From: a virus
Taxonomy: Duplodnaviria; Caudoviricetes
DNA: 64,000 nt
Virus record (IMG/VR): IMGVR_UViG_3300033075_000545
Span: 1-64,000 of that record
Reading direction: 5' to 3' (one strand)
Shown here: positions 38,979 to 48,106 of the stretch, piece after piece
Layout of the letters: every line of letters starts with the position of its first letter
Numbering within the stretch: the first letter of the stretch is position 1
Notes under the pieces: model-generated
What the model was told of the DNA's origin: nothing
Seen by the model: the letters and a program-made list of their open reading frames with translations, nothing else
The model's database searches: none
Translations under genes and position numbers: made by a program

Positions 38979-40081
38979 GTGCAGTACAGGAAATTATTGC
39001 AAAAATTGCAGCCAAAGATAAGCGATATGCGGTACATCTCCGCGGCAAGACTACGAAACGACGAACACTTCCATGTCTTCATGAAGGTCCTGTAGTTGAG
39101 CCGTGTACAAGTTGTGCTGGAGAAATGCGACATGTTCGGTCGTGTTTTCACCCCAATGGCGTACGTGATAAATGCACACGTGGTGTTGTGGGTCCTGCAG
39201 TACAAGCATGCTCTGTCTGTTCGGATTACGAGGCGCCGCCTGTGAAGTGGGCGCCTCTTTATCACTCGTGGACAGGAGGCTCGTACTTAAAGCCTTGGGA
39301 GTACCCTGTCACTATTGGTATGGCCCACCTAAACACCATCGAGGAACTCAAGCTCTCAATTGCAATGTGGCGACATCAGACCATGCGTCCGTACTTCCAG
39401 ATTGTGGACACAGGGTCACACGAGTCCCTTATGCCGGAACTGGAAAAGCTCCGCGCCGAAGACGTCGAGATTCATTACGTACGGTCGCACGCATACCGTC
39501 ACTCCAGTGCTCCTGTATCAGTGGCACTGGATCTAATCCATGCACTGTGTCAAACGCAGTTTCTGTTCCACACGCACACAGATGTGTTTCCGTTTCGTAA
39601 GGATTTCATCGCGTGGCTCCAGGCCAAGTGCTCGGCGACACACCCTGTGGTCGGGTGGCAGATGTCCCCCCGAGCAACGTGTAAGTCAGGAGAGTGGAAG
39701 CAGGTAGTCAGTCACACAGCAACCATGGTTCACATGCCTACGGCCCGGAAGAACGGGCTCCAGTGGAACTTCGAACGGTATTACGACGAGCGGCCCCACG
39801 AGCGCGGTGACACCCGCGGATGGCCTGATACGGAAAGTCCGTTCTATCTGACCATGCAAAAAAGTGGGTTGTCTCCTGTATTACTGGGTACTGAGCCAAA
39901 CTACCAACTCCACCCGATTGCTGCGGAAGGTATTGAATGGGCTGTCCACGCGAGATCATACACGGGCCTGAAGATGGCCAGTGATGAGAACAATCCGTTG
40001 TGGGTGAACGCAAAGCGATATATGGAATGGACCCTGGCGCAAGCCCGGACACGTCTACAAGTTTGGAACGCGGAGGAATAA
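38975..40081 (+). CDS. GT-A/GT2-like glycosyltransferase with N-terminal Cys-rich domain
   Basis: VTIGMAHLN, QIVDTGS, FLFHTHTDVF (DxD-like); GTGA coupling to the upstream gene. Confidence 0.65.
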   Translation: MSAVQEIIAKIAAKDKRYAVHLRGKTTKRRTLPCLHEGPVVEPCTSCAGEMRHVRSCFHPNGVRDKCTRGVVGPAVQACSVCSDYEAPPVKWAPLYHSWTGGSYLKPWEYPVTIGMAHLNTIEELKLSIAMWRHQTMRPYFQIVDTGSHESLMPELEKLRAEDVEIHYVRSHAYRHSSAPVSVALDLIHALCQTQFLFHTHTDVFPFRKDFIAWLQAKCSATHPVVGWQMSPRATCKSGEWKQVVSHTATMVHMPTARKNGLQWNFERYYDERPHERGDTRGWPDTESPFYLTMQKSGLSPVLLGTEPNYQLHPIAAEGIEWAVHARSYTGLKMASDENNPLWVNAKRYMEWTLAQARTRLQVWNAEE

Positions 40082-40082
40082 T

Positions 40083-40637
40083 ATGCCCGAGCCAAAGACC
40101 GCAATTCAAGCCTACGACCTGCTAATCGATTATCACAACGACCCCGCCATTCTCACCGTCGTGATTCCTGGGACGATCACGTGGGGGGACGTCGGAGAGG
40201 ACACGGGACCTGGAATTCTTCAGGGGATCACAACCTTCCTCAGGACGAGAAGGGAGTGGTCCGTCATTGAGATCTCCAAGGTTGGGAACGGCTATATCAC
40301 AATCACACGTGACCCCAACAAGAAACAACAGCTTCCATCATTAGGGATCCAAGCGTGGAACCTGACGAAGTTCAAGCTCGGATCCATTATCCACGGTAAG
40401 CGATTGGTTTCGTTGGAGGTTCTTCAAGAAAGACTGTCGTACTGTTGGCTATGTCCATACCGTACGAACTCTCAATGCACTCGTTGTGGGTGTTACCTCG
40501 ATCGGGTCCCAGACGACGCCATTGTCGACGCAGGGAAACCCGGAAAGGCTGCGTATGAACGAGAGTCCTGTCCAATGGGTGCCTGGGGACCCAGTCCATC
40601 TCCGGTGCGTGAGGAGGGGTCTGGGCGACGTGTTTAA
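40083..40637 (+). CDS. Methyltransferase-remnant plus Cys-rich (DUF6171-like) protein
   Basis: TWGDVGEDTGPGIL..FL..EWSV..NG resembles the C-terminal half of Methyltransf_24; RLSYCWLC..CTRCGC..CPMGAW. Confidence 0.45.
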   Translation: MPEPKTAIQAYDLLIDYHNDPAILTVVIPGTITWGDVGEDTGPGILQGITTFLRTRREWSVIEISKVGNGYITITRDPNKKQQLPSLGIQAWNLTKFKLGSIIHGKRLVSLEVLQERLSYCWLCPYRTNSQCTRCGCYLDRVPDDAIVDAGKPGKAAYERESCPMGAWGPSPSPVREEGSGRRV

Positions 40638-41541
40638 CATGACGGGTTTGGTACGGGATCTGTACCTGCGGAACAACGTTTGTCAAATCACGGTCTCGGG
40701 CGCCCACGAAGAAAAGGTATTTGGGCACAACGGCTTCCACGACGTCAGCGGCTACGCGGACGTCGTGACCGCCCCGCCCCCAGGGGTGGCGGTAGTCAAT
40801 ATTGACTACAAGCCGACCATCGACCGTTCCGTTACGGACAAGTCCGCAAGGTACTGCGAAGCCGGCCACGACAGTTTCGAGGAGCAGACTGGGGCCACGA
40901 TTAACCGAAATCCAATACCCAAACCCGACTTCCCGTTCAACCTGTTCAGTCACCACGAACCGTTCTCCCGTGCAAAGAACGATTACGATTACGGGGTAGT
41001 TGCGTGCGGCATTAAGCCGGACATGCGCCTCAAGCAGTGGCCCGTAGATTACTTCCAGCGCGTAGTGGACGAGGTCCCGATCGACTGGAAGCAGGTCGGA
41101 TTGCTACACGACGGGCGATTCGCACACGACCAGACGATGTTGTTTAATTGCAGTTGTCTGTTAGGGAAGACGAACTTTAAGCAACTCTGTGCTGTGATTC
41201 GACATGCTCGGGTCGTTGTGTGTCACGTGTCACTGCCGATGTTAATTGCGATGTCGTGTGGCACTCCATGCGTAGCAATCATGGGGGGTCGGGAGGACCC
41301 GTGGCTATTCGACGACGTTCGGTCGCTTAAAGTTCTTCACACGATTGGAGAGTTGGATTGTTGTAAGTCGTATGGGTGCCGTCGGTGTAGCCCAATTAAG
41401 GGACACGCGGACACTCCTTTTCCTCCGAACTGGTTGTGCGAGTTACCGGTCCATGTCGGCGGGAGTGACGTAGGAAAGTGTATGGAATTGATAACGCCAG
41501 AAACAGTAATCGCAGCAGTAAACGCACAACTGTCCCGATAA
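40555..41541 (+). CDS. GT9 family (ADP-heptose-type) glycosyltransferase
   Basis: GLGDV, KQWP, LLGKTNFKQLCAVIRHA, PMLIA..GTPCVAIMGG, CMELITPETV. Confidence 0.75.
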   Translation: MNESPVQWVPGDPVHLRCVRRGLGDVFNMTGLVRDLYLRNNVCQITVSGAHEEKVFGHNGFHDVSGYADVVTAPPPGVAVVNIDYKPTIDRSVTDKSARYCEAGHDSFEEQTGATINRNPIPKPDFPFNLFSHHEPFSRAKNDYDYGVVACGIKPDMRLKQWPVDYFQRVVDEVPIDWKQVGLLHDGRFAHDQTMLFNCSCLLGKTNFKQLCAVIRHARVVVCHVSLPMLIAMSCGTPCVAIMGGREDPWLFDDVRSLKVLHTIGELDCCKSYGCRRCSPIKGHADTPFPPNWLCELPVHVGGSDVGKCMELITPETVIAAVNAQLSR

Positions 41542-41568
41542 ATAACCAGCCTCTGGCTGTCAAAATAT

Positions 41569-41600
41569 ACTAGTAGGATGCGATGTTGCGTCTTACTAGT
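41569..41600 (+). promoter_or_regulatory. 15-bp inverted repeat/hairpin at the structural/non-structural boundary
   Basis: ACTAGTAGGATGCGA-tg-TTGCGTCTTACTAGT; the three mismatches are G-U pairs. Confidence 0.5.
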
Positions 41601-41635
41601 GGCCCCTTGGTGAGATTCTGGAGCGAGGTAGAGAG

Positions 41636-42886
41636 ATGTTGCAAGAAACTCCGTTGGCGCAACTGAAGCAGGACGTTTGGGATGCATGCATGTCGGAGAC
41701 GGTGCCGATCATTTGGGGACCTCCGGGGGTCGGCAAGACCGAGATGGTCAAGTCGATCGGGAAAGACCACAGGATCCCCGTTTACATCATCATCGGTTCG
41801 CTGTGCGACCCCACAGACATCAACGGTTTCCCAGTGGTGTCCACGACGATCAAGGACGCGTCTGGAGAGGAACACAAGAGTATCGAGTTTGCCCCACGCA
41901 GTTTCCTGCGGGAGATCCAGAACAAGCACGACGGACGAGCCATCGTCTTCTGGGACGAGCTCACGACAACACCGCCGGCTACGCAGGCCGCGGGCCTGAC
42001 GACCATCCAAACGAAGAGGTTCGGCGACTTTCAGATGGATGCGAAGAAACTGTTGTTCATCGCAGCAGCGAACAAGACGGAGCACGCCGCGAACGGCCAG
42101 GAGCTGGCCCTGCCGATGAAGAACCGTTTGGTCCACCTGGACTTTCCTGTCAACGAGATGTCAGCCAAAGAATGGGCGGCGCAGTTCCCGATCTATTGGG
42201 GTCGGGAACCCGATGTCGGTATGGACGGTCACGAGATCGCGAAAGACGTTATGCGGCGGGCACGCACGATGGTGTCTGGGTTCATCGTGCGCCATCCGTC
42301 GCTGTGGTTCAAGATGCCAAAGGATCCGGAGGGGGTGAACGGGTATCCGACGCCGCGGTCGTGGGACGCGGTCTCTCGGTTCTTGGGCCTTGCGTACCAC
42401 CGAAACGGGTACAAGACGGGCTCGGAGTTTTCGATCGCACGTTTGGTGAGCGGTGCGGTCGGCGAGGCTGGTGTTGAGTTCATGACGTACGTGAGGGAGT
42501 CAAACATCCCCGACCCGGAAGATGTGATTCGTACCGCTGCGACCTGGGAACCGTCGGACCGATCGGACATCAACTTCGTGGTGCTGACGGGTGTCGTGGC
42601 TGCGGTGCAGGGCCGTCCGACTCCGGATCGGTTGATGGCAGGGCTGATGGTGTGTAACAGGGTTGCGGCACGCCGCGGTAAGAGTGGTGTGGCCTCGTAT
42701 GAGGCTTCGGCGATCCCAGCCATCCGCTTGGCACAACTCGTCAACACCGACGAGCGGTTGGACAAGTTCGCGAAAGACCACAAGATGAGCCGCGACGCTC
42801 TCGCGAAGTTGTCGATCGAGGCCGGCAAACTGCTGAAACCTTACCTCGGGATGCAAACGAAGATGCTGGAGGCGGTGACGAGCTGA
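41636..42886 (+). CDS. MoxR-like AAA+ ATPase
   Basis: Walker A GPPGVGKT; Walker B IVFWDE; AAAN; arginine finger KNRLVH; TPRSW. Confidence 0.85.
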   Translation: MLQETPLAQLKQDVWDACMSETVPIIWGPPGVGKTEMVKSIGKDHRIPVYIIIGSLCDPTDINGFPVVSTTIKDASGEEHKSIEFAPRSFLREIQNKHDGRAIVFWDELTTTPPATQAAGLTTIQTKRFGDFQMDAKKLLFIAAANKTEHAANGQELALPMKNRLVHLDFPVNEMSAKEWAAQFPIYWGREPDVGMDGHEIAKDVMRRARTMVSGFIVRHPSLWFKMPKDPEGVNGYPTPRSWDAVSRFLGLAYHRNGYKTGSEFSIARLVSGAVGEAGVEFMTYVRESNIPDPEDVIRTAATWEPSDRSDINFVVLTGVVAAVQGRPTPDRLMAGLMVCNRVAARRGKSGVASYEASAIPAIRLAQLVNTDERLDKFAKDHKMSRDALAKLSIEAGKLLKPYLGMQTKMLEAVTS

Positions 42887-42899
42887 TAATTTGGGTTGC

Positions 42900-42930
42900 G
42901 GTACCCACCGACAGCGGTGGGTATCCTTTT
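42900..42930 (+). terminator. Probable terminator/attenuator hairpin
   Basis: GGTACCCACCG-acag-CGGTGGGTATC followed by CTTTT. Confidence 0.55.
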
Positions 42931-42953
42931 ATTCATCGATCAGAGGGTCTGGT

Positions 42954-44402
42954 ATGTCGATGGTAAGTGGGATCGCGACGAAGACGATTGATGACCCGGA
43001 AGCCATGGATAAGCTTGTGGCAGCGAAGACGATCGTGACGGCTTCGTGGCCCTATCTGCACAGCCTGATGTGGCAGTTGGCGGCTCGGTGGACGGATCAG
43101 GTTCCGACTATAGGCGTTGATGATAAGTGGCGTCTGTACTTGAATCCAAGTTGGGTTAAGACACAACACGCGGGAACTCTCGCGCTGATTATTGCCGGCC
43201 ACGAGCTTCAGCACCTGTTCGGGGAACACAGTCGACGGTTAACGGAGCACCAAGACAAGTTCGTTGTCAATGTGCAGGGGTGCCCCTGTTCGTTGTCCAA
43301 CTTGGCGCACGATTTGGCCATCAACAGCGCTCTCCAATCATTCTTGGATAGCGCAAAGCTCTATCGTGAGTCACAGGGGTACACACCTTTTCCAATGAAG
43401 GTGTCCGAAGAAATTGCAGAGGGCGCATACCCCAACAAGTACATGGACAGCAATGGTCGTCCGTTTCCGACAGGTCTGATTTCCGAAGATTACGCGGATC
43501 TGTTGATCCGACACGCCAAGCCCACACCTCAGTGTGGTAAAGCCAACAGCCGCGCCAAAGGCAAGGGCAAGGACAAGGACAAAGGCAAGGGTAACGACGA
43601 CGGTGATGGTGAAGGGAAGGGCAACGGAGCAGGTGATGGCAACCGTCCGCATGCAGCATCAGGACGGTGTGGATCGGGGGGTGGAGGTCCTCCTGAAGAC
43701 TACGAGGACCGCAGTCCTGTGGATCCCACGGATCAAACGTCTGGGACGTGTCGGGAAGAACAGGAAATCATTCGGAAGAAGGTGGCCCAGGAGATCATCG
43801 AGCAGGATAAGAAAGCGCGGGGAACAGTTCCCGCTGGGCTCCGATTGTTGGCGGAGAAGTATTTCATCCCCAGCAAGGTAAACTGGGTTGAGCTTCTCAA
43901 AGGCGCCATTCGGTCTGCTGTAAATAAAGTCGCGGGCCAGCACGACTTCACTTACACGAGGTTGAACAAACGGCAGGAGGACCACCAGGTTCGAATGCCT
44001 ACGTTGTTTGCCCCTGCGCCTAAGGTGATGGTTGCTCTGGATACATCCGGTTCGATGGGTAAGAAGGACTATGAGCTCGCGTTTGGACACATCCACGGCG
44101 TCATGCGAAGCTTGGGATTCACGAAAATCCCCGTCTTCTGTTGTGATGCACGAGCCGGAGATGTCCAGTGGATCTCAAGCCTCAAGGATCTAGAACTTGA
44201 AGGCGGCGGCGGGACGGACATGTCCGCTGCAATCGACCAAGCAGCAAAACTGAAGCACTCGAAGCTTCTGATTGTTCTTACCGACGGTGAGACAGGGTGG
44301 CCCGCGCATAAGATTAAGTCAATGGACGTAGTTGCGTGCCTCACCAGGAAGCCGCATTGCGATCCGCCGCCTTCATGGATTAGGACAATTATCCAAGAGT
44401 AA
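42954..44402 (+). CDS. DUF2201-like metallopeptidase-VWA protein
   Basis: HELQH (HExxH); DLAIN; DTSGSM MIDAS; GGGGTD; LTDG. Confidence 0.8.
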   Translation: MSMVSGIATKTIDDPEAMDKLVAAKTIVTASWPYLHSLMWQLAARWTDQVPTIGVDDKWRLYLNPSWVKTQHAGTLALIIAGHELQHLFGEHSRRLTEHQDKFVVNVQGCPCSLSNLAHDLAINSALQSFLDSAKLYRESQGYTPFPMKVSEEIAEGAYPNKYMDSNGRPFPTGLISEDYADLLIRHAKPTPQCGKANSRAKGKGKDKDKGKGNDDGDGEGKGNGAGDGNRPHAASGRCGSGGGGPPEDYEDRSPVDPTDQTSGTCREEQEIIRKKVAQEIIEQDKKARGTVPAGLRLLAEKYFIPSKVNWVELLKGAIRSAVNKVAGQHDFTYTRLNKRQEDHQVRMPTLFAPAPKVMVALDTSGSMGKKDYELAFGHIHGVMRSLGFTKIPVFCCDARAGDVQWISSLKDLELEGGGGTDMSAAIDQAAKLKHSKLLIVLTDGETGWPAHKIKSMDVVACLTRKPHCDPPPSWIRTIIQE

Positions 44403-44406
44403 CGCG

Positions 44407-44685
44407 ATGGACGAGAATCGCATCGTCATCACTTCCTCATCCGTGACCGGGTTGGCTGTCAACCCGGTCATTGTTGAGGCGTTTCCATTTCTTAAGCATT
44501 ACGCACCCGGAGCAAGACGCGGGTGTTGCGGTAAAGCTCAACCGCAACAGGATGGTAATAAAGCGATTAAAGCCTTGCTACTGCTACCATCCGAGCGTAA
44601 AAAGGAATTGAAGCGGCTGCTCGGGTCCGACAACGTCGTCGTGACCGTCGTGAAGGCTGGTCGCGTTGTGTTAGAAAGTCTGTAG
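44407..44685 (+). CDS. Hypothetical protein
   Basis: ATG 44407; RRGCCGK motif. Confidence 0.5.
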   Translation: MDENRIVITSSSVTGLAVNPVIVEAFPFLKHYAPGARRGCCGKAQPQQDGNKAIKALLLLPSERKKELKRLLGSDNVVVTVVKAGRVVLESL

Positions 44686-44687
44686 TA

Positions 44688-45074
44688 ATGTCAACGTACC
44701 AAATCGATCCGAACCGTCTTTGGGTTCGTCAAGAGGGCACCAACGCCCCCTACGACACATCGGCTCCGGATGCCGTCTGGGTTGCTGTGACAGGTCCATC
44801 TATGGAATCTCTCCTCCATAACCCTGAGATTCCACGCAACGCGGGAATCTTCGTGGCCAATAAGTACGGTGCTGTTGACGGCATCGACGCGGAGGAAGGT
44901 CCCATGCCCGACGATGGGACGGTGGCTCCTTCATTCGAACAACTAGCTACGGCTGATGGAACAACGTCGGTGAACGAGTACTTGAAGATGGCGGCGAAGA
45001 TGGCGCTCCATAATAAGGCAGGAGCTACGCAGTATGTCCGATTCTTCCGGTTCCGTCGATTCCACCTCCTATGA
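44688..45074 (+). CDS. Hypothetical protein
   Basis: 128 aa ORF in the operon. Confidence 0.5.
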   Translation: MSTYQIDPNRLWVRQEGTNAPYDTSAPDAVWVAVTGPSMESLLHNPEIPRNAGIFVANKYGAVDGIDAEEGPMPDDGTVAPSFEQLATADGTTSVNEYLKMAAKMALHNKAGATQYVRFFRFRRFHLL

Positions 45075-45078
45075 GAAC

Positions 45079-45495
45079 GTGTACCGCGCAGCAAATGTTT
45101 CGTTCGGAACTCCGCGGTATGTGGTCGAATGTTTGCAGTCTGTATTGGGAACGGCTCCAGGATACAATGGAGCCTTTACGGCATTTGTAGTTTCACTCTT
45201 AGTTTCCGACGGCGTTTTGGGTATGCGCGCTATCAGTCGGGCTTTAGTCGAGTGGGTCAACCGAGTGGATTGGAAAACAGTCCTGACTGACAAAAAGCCG
45301 GCTGGAATGAGCGTAACATCGGCTGAAGTTGTTTGTCTTCCGGGTGCGCATGGCGGGTTCTCAATCGAAGCCACAGCGCCAGTTAAACGGATCAATGACG
45401 ACTGGTTCGAGATGAGAATTTTCAATCTCCGAGTGATTGAAAAACTGTTCAGGAGATCTTTGAACGATGTCGAACCGAAACGAGATGGTCGCTAG
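45079..45495 (+). CDS. Hypothetical protein
   Basis: GTG start just after the previous stop; start uncertain. Confidence 0.45.
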   Translation: MYRAANVSFGTPRYVVECLQSVLGTAPGYNGAFTAFVVSLLVSDGVLGMRAISRALVEWVNRVDWKTVLTDKKPAGMSVTSAEVVCLPGAHGGFSIEATAPVKRINDDWFEMRIFNLRVIEKLFRRSLNDVEPKRDGR

Positions 45496-46153
45496 GGTCT
45501 TCACTGACCCTGAGAGTTTCGCCACATGCCTCTTGGCGGTGGGTTTAGACCATTTCGGTTCGTGTGTGAATTGGACGCCGCAAACGTGGGTCGACGAGGT
45601 TCGTGATACGTTTCGGGTGGATATGCACCCGCGAAATCTAGATCGTGTTATGGGTATGTGTCAGGTGCTATCGAGCCCGGACGAATTTTACGTGTCGGAA
45701 GCTGGGTTCAACGACATTGTCCAAGCGATTGCCAGTGAATGGTTCTCGCCTACGACGTGGCACCCTCCTACTACTGCGGAGTGCCTCTGGGCGTGTGTAG
45801 AGACGTTCTTGATCGACCCTCCCGACAACCGCAGCACTCCGCGGTTTTCTCCGGACGTAATGAGCTACATAACGCAGATCGCACGTAATGAGGGATTCCA
45901 CAGCCTTCCCCAAGTGTTCACGGCTTTTGGGGTGATCGAGGACAAATCAGTTTACGCGCCATACGACTATTCGGAAGACGCCTCTTTGGTTCAGGCTGCA
46001 ATGAAGGGCGCGCAGTTTCGGGAAGAGGATTTGGACGGGTGGCTCGCCGGAGAACTCCGTGAGTATACGACACAGCTTGAGAAGTTGCCACTTACTCATG
46101 GACATGGAATCGCCGCGGTAACTGGCGAGTTGAAGCAGTTCATCTCAAAATAA
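45467..46153 (+). CDS. Hypothetical protein
   Basis: 228 aa acidic helical ORF. Confidence 0.55.
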   Translation: MSNRNEMVARVFTDPESFATCLLAVGLDHFGSCVNWTPQTWVDEVRDTFRVDMHPRNLDRVMGMCQVLSSPDEFYVSEAGFNDIVQAIASEWFSPTTWHPPTTAECLWACVETFLIDPPDNRSTPRFSPDVMSYITQIARNEGFHSLPQVFTAFGVIEDKSVYAPYDYSEDASLVQAAMKGAQFREEDLDGWLAGELREYTTQLEKLPLTHGHGIAAVTGELKQFISK

Positions 46154-46189
46154 GACTCTGACACCAATAGCAAGACAAGGAGACGTGCG

Positions 46190-47272
46190 ATGCCCGCAAC
46201 GTCTAAGGTCGCTTCGTTGGAAAAGTTCATTCAGGAGACGTATTACAAGGATCCGATCGCCGCGGTCAGGATGGTTAATAAGAAATACCGGATCATTAAG
46301 ATCCGTAAATCGTGGTGGAGGGGATACCACAAGATCAAGGACGCGAAGGTCGTTGTAGGATCAGAAGAGGCTACCACGAGTTCTACAACGAACCCGAACT
46401 GGAAGCTGGTACCTGCGAAGATGCGAGAGGAGTTTCAGAATCTCGAGGCCAATGTCAACGTCGTCATTAAGTTGTACTGCGTAACGCAGAGACAAAAAGA
46501 CGCAGCCGAGTCCCTGATCCTAGGGGACGGCATGTACGCAATCGAAGAAGAGCAGTGGCCTAGAGTACGGGAAAAATTGGCCCACATGCAAGCCGTATGG
46601 TCTCGTACGGCTGACAAGTGGTGCACGAACGATGGTCACGTTTTACTGCGGTCGTATCTCAAAGACCAAATGGGCGCCGCGGATTTTAACAAGGCTGAAG
46701 CACTGATTCCCGAACCCCAAGATATGCGTGCTAAGTTCGGGCTGCACTACTATGAGATTCCCGTGCGGGTGATAGAAGACGCTGGTTTGGCGCCAGAGCT
46801 TCAGGAGAACCGATTCCGTACGGTAGCTGAGTTACTCTCCGCAGCGGTCCGCACGCCACGGCTGGAAGCTGCAGAGGAATGGGCAGGGCTGATCCAACAG
46901 TTAGTAGAGACCGTAACAGATGCAGACGGAAACCAGGTAGTGAGATCGCGACAAGCCCCGGTTGACGGAGTCGTGCGGAAGAAAGCGTGGTCTCGAACGG
47001 TACGAGGACAATCTCTTGTAAATAGTCGGGAGATCTCAGACGCTTTGTCGAGATGCGGAAAGGCCATCGATGAGTCTTTGGATCATTATAGATCTATGAT
47101 CGCCGCAGAACTACCCAACAACGCAACGGACGCAAAGAAAGTAGCAGCGCAAATCAACGCAGACGACGGTGTCGCGTTGCGGATTGGTAAGTTGATGCTG
47201 GAAGCTTACAATGTTGCCGTCGACGAGGCGGCTATGTGTGAGGCCGTCGCGGCGTCATTTAAGACCGCCTAG
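46190..47272 (+). CDS. DUF3150-like protein
   Basis: WKLVP..FQNLE..GMYAI..IPEPQDMRAKFG pattern; AAGGAG RBS; near the MoxR/VWA pair. Confidence 0.45.
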   Translation: MPATSKVASLEKFIQETYYKDPIAAVRMVNKKYRIIKIRKSWWRGYHKIKDAKVVVGSEEATTSSTTNPNWKLVPAKMREEFQNLEANVNVVIKLYCVTQRQKDAAESLILGDGMYAIEEEQWPRVREKLAHMQAVWSRTADKWCTNDGHVLLRSYLKDQMGAADFNKAEALIPEPQDMRAKFGLHYYEIPVRVIEDAGLAPELQENRFRTVAELLSAAVRTPRLEAAEEWAGLIQQLVETVTDADGNQVVRSRQAPVDGVVRKKAWSRTVRGQSLVNSREISDALSRCGKAIDESLDHYRSMIAAELPNNATDAKKVAAQINADDGVALRIGKLMLEAYNVAVDEAAMCEAVAASFKTA

Positions 47273-47286
47273 CGAGGTACCGAACG

Positions 47287-47826
47287 ATGTTTACGGACGA
47301 CGTACCGGTCAAAGAGGTCCGCGCCGGCGTCCCTAGAAAGGACTTTGTTTACATAAAGGAGAACGTACTCAAAGGACCAGAATCGGTTTGGTTCGGAGAA
47401 CCCCACAAGGACTTCCGCAACCATCCGAAAAAGTCTGCACTTGTCGGTAATTGTTGGACGGCAGTTGCAGTTGACGCAACCAACCGTCCGATCGGTGTGG
47501 CGTTCTACGAGGGAGGTACCTCCAAGAGACTGCCAACGATGCTTGTAACATCGATTGCCGTGGACCCTAGATTTGACGCCGCTACTCGCGCCGCAATCGG
47601 GTCTGCAATTATCCAAAGCATTGGCACTCGGTTCCAAACCTGGAGCCAGGGTAAAGGATACATTACCGCCGACATTCAAAAGTCGGCCACGGTCGCCCAG
47701 GACGTCTTACAGTCCCACGGGTGGAGGTGCCTCCAGACACGTAACGACTGGTCTACAGACCGGTTCGTCATTTTCTCTGGAAGCGAAAATGCCCAACAAG
47801 AAGAATCCGACCAAGAAGGTCGTTAA
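47287..47826 (+). CDS. GNAT-fold-like protein
   Basis: AVAVD..PIGVAFY, LVTSIAVDPRF..IGSAII, LQSHGW pattern. Confidence 0.45.
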   Translation: MFTDDVPVKEVRAGVPRKDFVYIKENVLKGPESVWFGEPHKDFRNHPKKSALVGNCWTAVAVDATNRPIGVAFYEGGTSKRLPTMLVTSIAVDPRFDAATRAAIGSAIIQSIGTRFQTWSQGKGYITADIQKSATVAQDVLQSHGWRCLQTRNDWSTDRFVIFSGSENAQQEESDQEGR

Positions 47827-48106
47827 ATATATCCACGTGGCCTCAGCCGTCATCCGAAGGAACAAAAAGACGGGGTCTAACGACCCGCCCGTCATTGTCC
47901 GAAAGTCGCGGTCTGGGAAGTCATCGCGGAAACAGTACGAATCGATCTACGACGAGAATGGTAAGATTGTAGCGCGAATTATAAACGCCCCGACCAGGAC
48001 GTTATCCTGCGGGGCGGTTGTATATATCGAATGCTTTTACGACCGGGCCAAAGCAGCCCAATCAACCCGCGGATCACGGGGGACTTCAACGGGCGAAACA
48101 CCGTGA
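47789..48106 (+). CDS. Small basic phage protein
   Basis: ATG 47789; YIHV..VIRRNKKTGSNDPPVIVRK..LSCGA. Confidence 0.5.
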   Translation: MPNKKNPTKKVVKYIHVASAVIRRNKKTGSNDPPVIVRKSRSGKSSRKQYESIYDENGKIVARIINAPTRTLSCGAVVYIECFYDRAKAAQSTRGSRGTSTGETP

